Source: a virus (lineage: Duplodnaviria; Heunggongvirae; Uroviricota; Caudoviricetes). Taken from it: a stretch of DNA of 10,303 bases. Under the pieces are notes generated by a model that saw only the letters and a program-made list of their open reading frames with translations, had not been told where the DNA came from and searched no databases. The stretch lies in IMG/VR virus record IMGVR_UViG_2681813186_000015; one strand, 5' to 3'. Position 1 is the stretch's first letter; the number at the start of each line of letters is the position of its first letter. A program made the position numbers and the translations under genes. This document shows, piece by piece, positions 1 to 4,975 of this stretch.

Positions 1-285
1 TTTTCGCTCAATAAGCTGGCGCTTGGCAGCGCAAACATGAGTGTGATGAATACCTGTCATGGCTGCTATCTGCGTGTTTGTGAGTCGATCCATCGGCTTA
101 TTGAATCCGTATGTCTTGCGCATGATAGCGAGCATCACCTTCAACTGCCGGACGGTTAAATCAGCCATCAGCAGACTGTCGGTAATCTCGTTAGCAACGC
201 GCATGAAACCATCTTCGGTATCTGCCACGCGATGCTCCACGACCTCCAGTTGAGGCCTGTAATCAGCTAACTTAACGACGCCCAT
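1..285 (-). CDS. O: Phage lambda O-like replication initiation protein, N-terminal part only (gene continues past the window start)
   Basis: Minus-strand reading frame open from ATG at 285-283 to the window edge; AGGAG 6 nt upstream; in-frame TGA two codons upstream of the ATG. Hand translation MGVVKLADYRPQLEVVEHRVADTEDGFMRVANEITDSLLMADLTVRQLKVMLAIMRKTYGFNKPMDRLTNTQIAAMTGI... matches the lambda O N-terminal region as I recall it (LTKRQFKVLLAILRKTYGWNKPMDRITDSQ). Absent from the ORF track because there is no stop in the window. Confidence 0.8.
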   Translation of the reverse strand, partial: MGVVKLADYRPQLEVVEHRVADTEDGFMRVANEITDSLLMADLTVRQLKVMLAIMRKTYGFNKPMDRLTNTQIAAMTGIHHTHVCAAKRQLIERK

Positions 286-433
286 GTTTCACTCCTGCTT
301 TGGCTAGTCTGTAAACACCAACAAGGCGCTCTGCGAACGCCCTGTTATTTGCTGCGGCTACCACTAATCCCTCAGGTGAATCAGGGTGTCGAATCTCTTC
401 TTTTTCCTGGTATTTCTTACGACGTTTTGTCAT
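272..433 (-). CDS. Small hypothetical protein, 53 aa, between cII and O
   Basis: ATG at 433-431 preceded by AGGAG with 5-nt spacer; open for 53 codons to TAA at 274-272, overlapping the O start by 14 nt. Translation MTKRRKKYQEKEEIRHPDSPEGLVVAAANNRAFAERLVGVYRLAKAGVKHGRR. No homolog recognised; below the ORF-track length cutoff. Confidence 0.3.
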   Translation of the reverse strand: MTKRRKKYQEKEEIRHPDSPEGLVVAAANNRAFAERLVGVYRLAKAGVKHGRR

Positions 434-465
434 AATTACTCCTGTGGATTGATCCAGTAATTCCC

Positions 466-762
466 TCAGAATTGCATATCAATTTGCTTAAAATCCTCGG
501 TGGCAGCCGGGGATTTTTTCTTTGTGATTTCATCAAGCGCATACTTAAAAGCCCTGCTAATCGGACTGATGTCTGATGCCATTCCGAAAGCACACAAGAC
601 CGAAGCAATAAACCGCCAGTCCGTTCTGCTTATCTTCGATTCATGACAGCCAATCATCTTTGCCAGACCGCGCTGTGTAAGCGTTGACAGGTTGATGAGT
701 AAATCTGTTTCTGCGCGATCAACGTCGCGCTGTGATAGTTTGCTGTAACTTGTTCGTTCCAT
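466..762 (-). CDS. cII: CII-like transcriptional activator (lysogeny establishment)
   Basis: 98-aa ORF; C-terminus ...ITKKKSPAATEDFKQIDMQF resembles lambda CII C-terminus (...ILTNKKRPAATERSEQIQMEF, from memory); central HTH LTQRGLAKMIGCHESKISR. Lies immediately downstream of cro on the same strand, as in lambda. Confidence 0.85.
   Translation of the reverse strand: MERTSYSKLSQRDVDRAETDLLINLSTLTQRGLAKMIGCHESKISRTDWRFIASVLCAFGMASDISPISRAFKYALDEITKKKSPAATEDFKQIDMQF
495..523 (+). terminator. Rho-independent terminator on the plus strand inside the 3' end of cII; candidate 3' end of an oop-like antisense RNA
   Basis: Stem CCTCGG (495-500) pairs with CCGGGG (507-512), 5 Watson-Crick pairs plus one G-U, loop TGGCAG, followed by ATTTTTTCTTT (513-523). 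It is antisense to cII, which is where lambda places the oop terminator. Confidence 0.45.
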
Positions 763-771
763 TTCTTAAGA
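740..771 (+). promoter_or_regulatory. Candidate PRE-like CII-dependent promoter (plus strand, antisense to cro)
   Basis: TTGC-N6-TTGT direct repeat at 740-753, close to the lambda CII site TTGC-N6-TTGC, overlapping the first codons of cII on the opposite strand as in lambda; possible -10 TAAGAT at 766-771. Confidence 0.35.
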
Positions 772-847
772 TTTCCAATAGTGAATAGTTAGTTGAAAGG
801 TATGCGTGGAAACGCATATGGCCTTAGTTGGTCAGATATCTTGGGAC

Positions 848-893
848 TCGCTTTTCAGCGACGTAGGACGAATGTCCGTTGTTACAAAGAGCG
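848..893 (-). promoter_or_regulatory. nutR-like N-utilisation site (boxA, intervening hairpin, boxB) between cro and cII
   Basis: Read on the minus strand: boxA-like CGCTCTTTG (plus coords 885-893), hairpin GGAC-ATTC-GTCC, then boxB-like hairpin TCGCT-GAAA-AGCGA (plus coords 848-861). Near-colinear copy of the nutL-like element at 3497-3542. Confidence 0.55.
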
Positions 894-903
894 GCTCCGC
901 TTA

Positions 904-1119
904 TTAAGCGGCTTTGTGCTCCGGCGGGAACACGTCATCAAGACTTACTTTTGCGCCTAACTTGTTTAGACACGCAACAAGAGCACGGCATGTTTTAAGG
1001 TCTGGGAAGCGACGACCAGATTCCCAATGTCCGATAGCTCCCTGTGTGCATCCAACTGCCTTAGCAAGTGTTGTTTGAGAGATATTCAGTGACTCTCGAT
1101 ATTTTCGTAGGTTGCTCAT
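904..1119 (-). CDS. cro: Cro-like HTH repressor (Cro/C1-type)
   Basis: 71-aa ORF; ATG at 1119-1117 preceded by GGAGGG; HTH ISQTTLAKAVGCTQGAIGHWESGRR closely resembles the HTH of the divergent CI-like protein ([25 protein letters not shown]); divergent to the repressor across a 110-bp operator region. Confidence 0.8.
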   Translation of the reverse strand: MSNLRKYRESLNISQTTLAKAVGCTQGAIGHWESGRRFPDLKTCRALVACLNKLGAKVSLDDVFPPEHKAA

Positions 1120-1229
1120 ATGCCCTCCATAGTAACCACGAATAAAAAATACAATATGTACTTCTCAAATACAAGTAAAAATACACATTGTGCATGGATG
1201 GTTCCAGTACAGAGCGTAATAATAAGGAC
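1120..1229. promoter_or_regulatory. Divergent OR-like operator/promoter region (PR towards cro, PRM towards cI)
   Basis: Two 15-bp near-palindromes: AATACAATATGTACT (1148-1162) and ATACACATTGTGCAT (1182-1196), with TACA/TGTA half-sites. Candidate PR on minus strand: -35 TTGTAT (1174-1169), 17-nt spacer, -10 TATTTT (1151-1146). Candidate PRM -10 AATAAT (1218-1223) would start transcription near the cI ATG (leaderless, as in lambda). Confidence 0.55.
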
Positions 1230-1889
1230 ATGAAAATGAAATGGTATGAACTGGCTAGATCCAGAATGAAAGAGCTCGGCATAACTCAAGAGAAGTTAGC
1301 CGAAGAGCTAGGTATGACGCAGGGTGGAATTGGACACTGGTTGCGCGGATCTCGTCATCCATCTCTTAGTGATATTGGTGTGGTGTTTAAATACCTTGGT
1401 ATTGATAACATATCATTCAACCACGACGGGACATTTTCACCTGTTGGCGAATACTCATCGGCCCCAGTTAAAAAACAATATGAGTACCCTGTTTTTTCTC
1501 ATGTTCAGGCTGGGATGTTCTCTCCAGAACTCAGAACCTTTACCAAAGGTGATGCGGAGAGATTGGTAAGCACAACCAAAAAAGCCAGTGACTCTGCATT
1601 CTGGCTTGAGGTTGAAGGTAACTCAATGACCGCACCAACAGGTTCCAAACCTAGTTTTCCTGACGGGATGTTAATTCTGGTTGACCCTGAGCAAGCTGTT
1701 GAGCCCGGCGATTTCTGCATAGCCAGACTTGGTGGTGATGAATTTACCTTCAAGAAACTGATCAGGGATAGCGGTCAGGTGTTTCTACAACCACTAAACC
1801 CGCAATATCCAATGATCCCATGCAATGAGAGTTGTTCCGTTGTGGGGAAAGTTATCGCCAGCCAATGGCCTGAAGAGACGTTTGGGTAA
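1230..1889 (+). CDS. cI: CI-like prophage repressor, N-terminal HTH plus C-terminal S24 (LexA-like) self-cleaving peptidase domain
   Basis: [24 protein letters not shown]; Ala-Gly cleavage site in HVQAGMFSP; catalytic Ser in EGNSM and Lys in FTFKKL. The track start at 1188 is a TTG; first ATGs are at 1194, 1230 and 1236. 1230 was chosen because it fits a leaderless PRM transcript; 1236 has better spacing from AAGGA (1224-1228). Confidence 0.9.
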   Translation: MKMKWYELARSRMKELGITQEKLAEELGMTQGGIGHWLRGSRHPSLSDIGVVFKYLGIDNISFNHDGTFSPVGEYSSAPVKKQYEYPVFSHVQAGMFSPELRTFTKGDAERLVSTTKKASDSAFWLEVEGNSMTAPTGSKPSFPDGMLILVDPEQAVEPGDFCIARLGGDEFTFKKLIRDSGQVFLQPLNPQYPMIPCNESCSVVGKVIASQWPEETFG

Positions 1890-2207
1890 AGAGGATAGAT
1901 GGAGTTTAATGGCCATGAGTATCAAGCGGTCAAAAAGAAGTTCATCTATTCATTGAAAGCATAAGGCCATCTGAGTATATCCGTAATGATCTGGATATTG
2001 TCTATAACATCAATGACCGGACGATAGATATCGGTGAGCAGCGTCCTGTATGGCAGGGTGAGGCAGGTGAAAAAACGTCCTGCCATCAACAAGAATCAAG
2101 TGCATCCGCTCTCTGGACAGATGGAAAATTTATTGGATGCAAAAAGATATGAAATAACACCTGTATAGCACGGAGCTTTCTCTGACCGATGCACTTGAAG
2201 TTGTTAG

Positions 2208-2232
2208 GGCTGACCCAGCCTGCTGTTTCTTT
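2208..2232 (+). terminator. Candidate Rho-independent terminator, first of a tandem pair downstream of cI
   Basis: Stem GGCTG (2208-2212) pairs with CAGCC (2216-2220), loop ACC, followed by TGCTGTTTCTTT. Confidence 0.4.
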
Positions 2233-2263
2233 AGGTAAGAGAAAAGAGATTTAGGAGATGAAA

Positions 2264-2290
2264 GGTCGCAGAGGTGCGGCCTTTTTTATT
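2264..2290 (+). terminator. Rho-independent terminator downstream of the cI transcript
   Basis: GGTCGCA (2264-2270) pairs with TGCGGCC (2275-2281), 7-bp stem with one G-U, loop GAGG, followed by TTTTTTATT (2282-2290). Confidence 0.6.
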
Positions 2291-2329
2291 GAGAGTGGAT
2301 CTTGAACGGAAATTCTCAAGACTTGAGTC

Positions 2330-2358
2330 TTGCATGCAAATCAATTCCTGGATAAACT
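2330..2358 (+). promoter_or_regulatory. Candidate sigma70 promoter for the 173-aa accessory gene
   Basis: -35 TTGCAT (2330-2335), 17-nt spacer, -10 TAAACT (2353-2358). Overlaps palindromes CTCAAGaCTTGAG (2315-2327) and TGCATGCA (2331-2338). Confidence 0.3.
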
Positions 2359-2390
2359 CGATCTGAGTCAATAACTTAGAGAGAGAGCAA

Positions 2391-2912
2391 ATGGCAAAGT
2401 CAAACGTTAGCGTGCAGGCATTCAAGGACTTCCTTGAAGAGCTTATGTCGCTGAACATAATGAAGGAGGCCACCGCTCGAAATTTAAAAAACTCATCCGC
2501 TCGCCTCTTAACGGTAGTCCAAGAAGAGGAAATGGGTGATGTTACTCAGCTTGATGTGAATGAGCTTGCCGAGCGATACATCAACGCAACTGAGCCGAAG
2601 CCTAGCGACAGCAGCATTACTGCATATAAAAGCCGCATGGAAAGTGCAATCAAAAAGTTTGTAGCTTTCCAGTCTGGTGAAGAAATCCCATACACTCCGA
2701 TTGACAAAGAATCCAGTGAGGAAAAAGATTTGACTGGCGAACCAACAAAAGTCGAAGGCAAGGCTAATGCACTTCATACCTATGATCTTCCAGTAGTTCT
2801 TCGACCTGAATCAGGGGTTACAGTAACGATTAAAGGCATTCCTAACGATATCACAAACGAAGAAGCCGAACGCATCTCTTCAATTCTGAAGGTTTACGTT
2901 CGGCCTCAATAA
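2391..2912 (+). CDS. Hypothetical acidic 173-aa protein of unknown function, inserted between cI and pL (accessory 'moron' gene)
   Basis: Complete ORF with a GAGAG-type ribosome-binding site; candidate own promoter upstream and hairpin downstream; lies after the cI terminators and before pL. Appears more AT-rich than neighbouring phage genes (by eye). Soluble, rich in D/E, no motif I can assign. Confidence 0.6.
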   Translation: MAKSNVSVQAFKDFLEELMSLNIMKEATARNLKNSSARLLTVVQEEEMGDVTQLDVNELAERYINATEPKPSDSSITAYKSRMESAIKKFVAFQSGEEIPYTPIDKESSEEKDLTGEPTKVEGKANALHTYDLPVVLRPESGVTVTIKGIPNDITNEEAERISSILKVYVRPQ

Positions 2913-2924
2913 TGCAAAAGCATT

Positions 2925-2963
2925 CAGCACAATGTCCAACTCCCCAGTCCGACATTGATGCTG
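2925..2963 (+). other. Stem-loop just downstream of the 173-aa gene (possible weak terminator or 3' stabiliser)
   Basis: CAGCAcAATGTC (2925-2936) pairs with GACATTgaTGCTG (2951-2963), about 11 bp with a small bulge, 14-nt loop, followed by a short TTT. Confidence 0.35.
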
Positions 2964-3085
2964 TTTAACCAGAGCCTCCAAAAGGAGCCCTTGTTAAGGT
3001 ACACAATATTTGCGATGTAACCTTAGCGCGTCTGGTACATTTTTTCAAGCGGTTGTAGGGCTGCCGCCAATATGAGAAAACACAG

Positions 3086-3208
3086 ATGTCTACATACAAT
3101 TTGAATGACCAATTCGATCGAGAAGTTCATGTGAATGCCTATGAACGGATAAGGTATGGAAATCTTGAACATGTGTGTGAGCATTATCGCTCAAGGCCAC
3201 ACCGCTAA
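3086..3208 (+). CDS. Possible small ORF (39 aa), or a short non-coding transcript, ending at a strong terminator
   Basis: ATG 3086 to TAA 3206-3208, translation MSTYNLNDQFDREVHVNAYERIRYGNLEHVCEHYRSRPHR; weak ribosome-binding site; possible promoter TTCAAG-18-CAATAT upstream; strong terminator 8 nt after the stop. Coding status uncertain. Confidence 0.2.
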   Translation: MSTYNLNDQFDREVHVNAYERIRYGNLEHVCEHYRSRPHR

Positions 3209-3215
3209 TCATCAA

Positions 3216-3244
3216 CCCGGCCTCCATGCCGGGTTTTCTTTTCC
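3216..3244 (+). terminator. Rho-independent terminator (plus strand) just upstream of the pL-like promoter
   Basis: CCCGGC (3216-3221) pairs with GCCGGG (3228-3233), loop CTCCAT, followed by TTTTCTTTTCC. The minus-strand version has no U-tract. Confidence 0.65.
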
Positions 3245-3378
3245 TCTCGCCCAAAAAAACACATAACCAATTGTATTTATTGGAAAATAAATAGATACAA
3301 CTCACTAAACAACGCAATTCTGATCTCTCCTTACATCGCCGAGGCAATACACCCACGCTAAAAAACAATACTATTAAA

Positions 3379-3451
3379 TACAAAGCGTTGTAAAAAACCG
3401 CCCCGTTTTAGAACAAATTGTATTGACCAAGTGAAGTACATATCGTACTAT
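3379..3451 (+). promoter_or_regulatory. pL-like early-left promoter with candidate OL operators
   Basis: -35 TTGACC (3423-3428), 17-nt spacer, -10 TACTAT (3446-3451). Near-palindromes TACAAAGCGTTGTA (3379-3392) and AGTACATATCGTACT (3437-3451) share TACA/GTA half-sites with the OR-region palindromes. Confidence 0.55.
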
Positions 3452-3496
3452 TTAACCATCAGCAGGACGCTGGAAGCCAAATGGAACAGACTGGCA

Positions 3497-3542
3497 GGCT
3501 CTTTAAACAACGTCGACTCTCGACTACGTGGCTGAAAAGCCA
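3497..3542 (+). promoter_or_regulatory. nutL-like site (boxA, hairpin, boxB) in the leader of the N-like gene
   Basis: boxA-like GGCTCTTTAA (3497-3506; compare consensus CGCTCTTTA), hairpin GTCGA-CTC-TCGAC, boxB-like hairpin TGGCT-GAAA-AGCCA (3529-3542). Same architecture and near-identical boxB to the nutR-like element on the other strand. Confidence 0.6.
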
Positions 3543-3640
3543 GATCACCCAACCACATAAGCTGTGGGATGCAATGCCGAAGCAACCGTCTCAGGAGGAG
3601 CTTCGAGATTGCATCGCCAAAGTTTATTCGGGAGGAATCT

Positions 3641-3913
3641 ATGTCCAGAAAAACAGAATTTAAAGGCACCGCAGCTTCTCGCCGTAGAGCTCGTCGCGCA
3701 AACCTGCAAAGTCAGGAGGCGATTAGCTCCGACAAACTACACAGGCCAACCCCATCACGAGTGGTCTTACAATGCAAACGCAAACCAGCAATGAGAGCAG
3801 AAGTAATAACACTGACAACGTTGACCAGAAAATATGAAGGCTCAACTTGTCTTCCAAATGTAGCTCTTTACGCGGCAGGCTACCATAAATCCAAACAACT
3901 GACAGCAAGATGA
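3641..3913 (+). CDS. N: N-like transcription antitermination protein (arginine-rich motif)
   Basis: Internal ATG at 3641 with GGAGG (3631-3635) 5 nt upstream; 90 aa; N-terminal arginine-rich motif GTAASRRRARRANLQ resembles the boxB-binding motif of lambda N (…QTRRRERRAEKQAQW…); first gene after the pL-like promoter and nutL. The upstream part of the track ORF (from 3569) overlaps the nut site and was dropped. Confidence 0.6.
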   Translation: MSRKTEFKGTAASRRRARRANLQSQEAISSDKLHRPTPSRVVLQCKRKPAMRAEVITLTTLTRKYEGSTCLPNVALYAAGYHKSKQLTAR

Positions 3914-3971
3914 CTTGTGTTGGTCGCCAGAAAATGAAATTAGGCAGCAAACCACTTATTTGAGGTGATAT

Positions 3972-4223
3972 ATGGAATTTCATGAAAGTGCGATTTGTGA
4001 TTTTCGCGCTAACGCAAATTCAGTAAAACCACAGCCAATTGCAGTTCTTTTAAAAACAATGGGTGCGTGGGCTGTTTTATGCTTCGCCGCTGACGACACT
4101 GACGCAAGAATGGCAATAGGACAAGAGATGGAGATGGACCCGACAAACGATGAATTCATAATTTATGGCGCTCCATCTAATTACTTACTTGATACCTGCA
4201 ACATTTACAACAAGGCTGCCTGA
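3972..4223 (+). CDS. Hypothetical protein, 83 aa
   Basis: ATG 3972 with GAGG 6 nt upstream; sits where lambdoid phages carry ral-type accessory genes; no homology recognised. Confidence 0.5.
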   Translation: MEFHESAICDFRANANSVKPQPIAVLLKTMGAWAVLCFAADDTDARMAIGQEMEMDPTNDEFIIYGAPSNYLLDTCNIYNKAA

Positions 4224-4269
4224 TGGTGGCCTTTATTTTTGGCATAAACAACAGAATAAACACAGCACT

Positions 4270-4297
4270 GTGTATTCATTCCAACGAGTGAATACAC
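4270..4297 (+). repeat. Perfect 9-bp inverted repeat with 10-nt loop
   Basis: GTGTATTCA (4270-4278) and TGAATACAC (4289-4297); no U-tract after it. Confidence 0.5.
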
Positions 4298-4359
4298 GGA
4301 GCAATGTCGCTCGTAACTGAACAGGAGCCGACTTGTTCTGATTATTGGAAATCTTCTTT

Positions 4360-4385
4360 GCCCTCCAGTGTGAGGGCTTTTTTAT
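4360..4385 (+). terminator. Rho-independent terminator (tL1-like) within the early-left operon
   Basis: GCCCTC (4360-4365) pairs with GAGGGC (4372-4377), loop CAGTGT, followed by TTTTTTAT. Expected to be read through by N-modified RNA polymerase. Confidence 0.7.
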
Positions 4386-4449
4386 ATGCATACCAATAAC
4401 GCTTCACTCGAGGCGTTTTCGTTATGCAATCAAATATAAGGAGTTACCC

Positions 4450-4584
4450 ATGATGCACTTTCAGCTCGCGGGTAGCGGCGTCATGTCCGCTTTCTACCCG
4501 CACGAATCTGAATTATCACGCCAAGTTAAACAATTAATCAGAGCAGCAAAGAAACAACTGGAGGCGTTATGCGCAATGAAATAG
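4450..4584 (+). CDS. cIII: CIII-like small protein (candidate FtsH inhibitor protecting CII), 44 aa
   Basis: ATG 4450 with AAGGAG (4438-4443) 6 nt upstream; MMHFQLAGSGVMSAFYPHESELSRQVKQLIRAAKKQLEALCAMK resembles lambda CIII (…YAIAGWPVAGCPSESLLDRITRKLRDGWKRL…, from memory); position after N as in lambda and P22. The track ORF start at 4345 spans the terminator and was rejected. Confidence 0.5.
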   Translation: MMHFQLAGSGVMSAFYPHESELSRQVKQLIRAAKKQLEALCAMK

Positions 4585-4721
4585 CCATTAATCACCAGAT
4601 GCTTCGTGCTGCACAGAACAAAGCAGTAATAGCCCGATTTATTGGTGATTCAAAAATGTGGCTTGAAGCAAATAAAGCGATGAAATCAGCTATCAACCTT
4701 CCGTGGTATCGCAGGAAATGA
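4569..4721 (+). CDS. kil: Kil-like small protein (tentative), 50 aa
   Basis: ATG 4569 with GGAGG (4560-4564) 4 nt upstream, overlapping the cIII-like stop; MRNEIAINHQMLRAAQNKAVIARFIGDSKMWLEANKAMKSAINLPWYRRK; the IARFIGDSKMW segment resembles the FIGDEKM region I recall in lambda Kil; gene order cIII then kil as in lambda. Confidence 0.4.
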   Translation: MRNEIAINHQMLRAAQNKAVIARFIGDSKMWLEANKAMKSAINLPWYRRK

Positions 4722-4796
4722 GTTTTACAGATAACTGGTCAGACGAAGAATTCATTCGTCAGATGAAAGATTTAATCGGTAACGAAGGAGATATTC

Positions 4797-4967
4797 ATGT
4801 CACTTGCAACCACAGTGAAGGAGAGCAAGTTACAGAGACGCATGTACACGCAGAAAGCTCTCTGGTATCGCCATAATGGCGACCGCGAAGGAATGCGGGT
4901 ATGCCTTAATTTGTCCCGAGTCGAAGTATTAAATCAGCGTTATTTTCTTGGGCCATGTCCATTCTGA
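4797..4967 (+). CDS. Hypothetical small protein, 56 aa
   Basis: ATG 4797 with AAGGAG (4785-4790) 6 nt upstream; MSLATTVKESKLQRRMYTQKALWYRHNGDREGMRVCLNLSRVEVLNQRYFLGPCPF; stop 4965-4967 is followed 8 nt later by the start of the annealing-protein gene. A competing 52-aa ORF (4718-4876, other frame, ATGA overlap with the Kil-like stop) has weaker Shine-Dalgarno support. Confidence 0.4.
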   Translation: MSLATTVKESKLQRRMYTQKALWYRHNGDREGMRVCLNLSRVEVLNQRYFLGPCPF

Positions 4968-4975
4968 GGTGAATT

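Noticed and set aside
59-253. Plus-strand 64-aa track ORF
   Set aside because: Lies antisense within the O-like gene, whose minus-strand frame has clear homology; no ribosome-binding site or similarity of its own.
417-608. Minus-strand 63-aa track ORF
   Set aside because: Out of frame with, and overlapping, the well-supported cII-like gene; start lacks a Shine-Dalgarno.
1188-1229. TTG start and N-terminal extension [14 protein letters not shown] of the CI-like ORF
   Set aside because: The non-ATG start overlaps the operator palindrome; an ATG at 1230 or 1236 is more consistent with a leaderless or Shine-Dalgarno-led cI start.
1061-1282. Minus-strand 73-aa track ORF across the operator region
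   Set aside because: Spans the divergent promoter/operator and the cI start; hydrophobic, low-complexity translation typical of a chance ORF in AT-rich DNA.
1324-1753. Track ORFs 1324-1569 (+) and 1505-1753 (-) inside cI
   Set aside because: Alternative frames within the strongly supported repressor gene.
2231-2473. Minus-strand 80-aa track ORF
   Set aside because: Runs through the 2264-2290 terminator and the start of the 173-aa gene in antisense; no ribosome-binding site.
2508-2777. Minus-strand ORFs 2508-2777 and 2546-2761
   Set aside because: Antisense shadow ORFs inside the 173-aa gene; hydrophobic, low-complexity translations.
3090-3383. Minus-strand 97-aa track ORF
   Set aside because: Crosses the strong plus-strand terminator and an AT-rich region; low-complexity translation; no Shine-Dalgarno at 3383.
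3393-3410. AAAACCGCCCCGTTTT as a possible terminator
   Set aside because: Stem would consist almost entirely of A-T pairs with a C-rich loop; not a convincing intrinsic terminator.
3448-3669. Track ORFs 3481-3663 (+) and 3448-3669 (-) over the pL leader
   Set aside because: They overlap the promoter and nutL-like RNA element and the Shine-Dalgarno of the N-like gene; better explained as untranslated leader.
3564-3983. Track ORFs 3564-3794 (+) and 3723-3983 (-)
   Set aside because: Alternative-frame and antisense ORFs within the N-like gene; no independent support.
3972-4223. Possible identity of the 83-aa protein as Ral
   Set aside because: Only a vague C-terminal resemblance (…NKAA) to my uncertain memory of lambda Ral; not enough to name it.
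4345-4449. Upstream 35 codons of track ORF 4345-4584
   Set aside because: Would translate through the 4360-4385 terminator hairpin; the internal ATG at 4450 has a strong AAGGAG.
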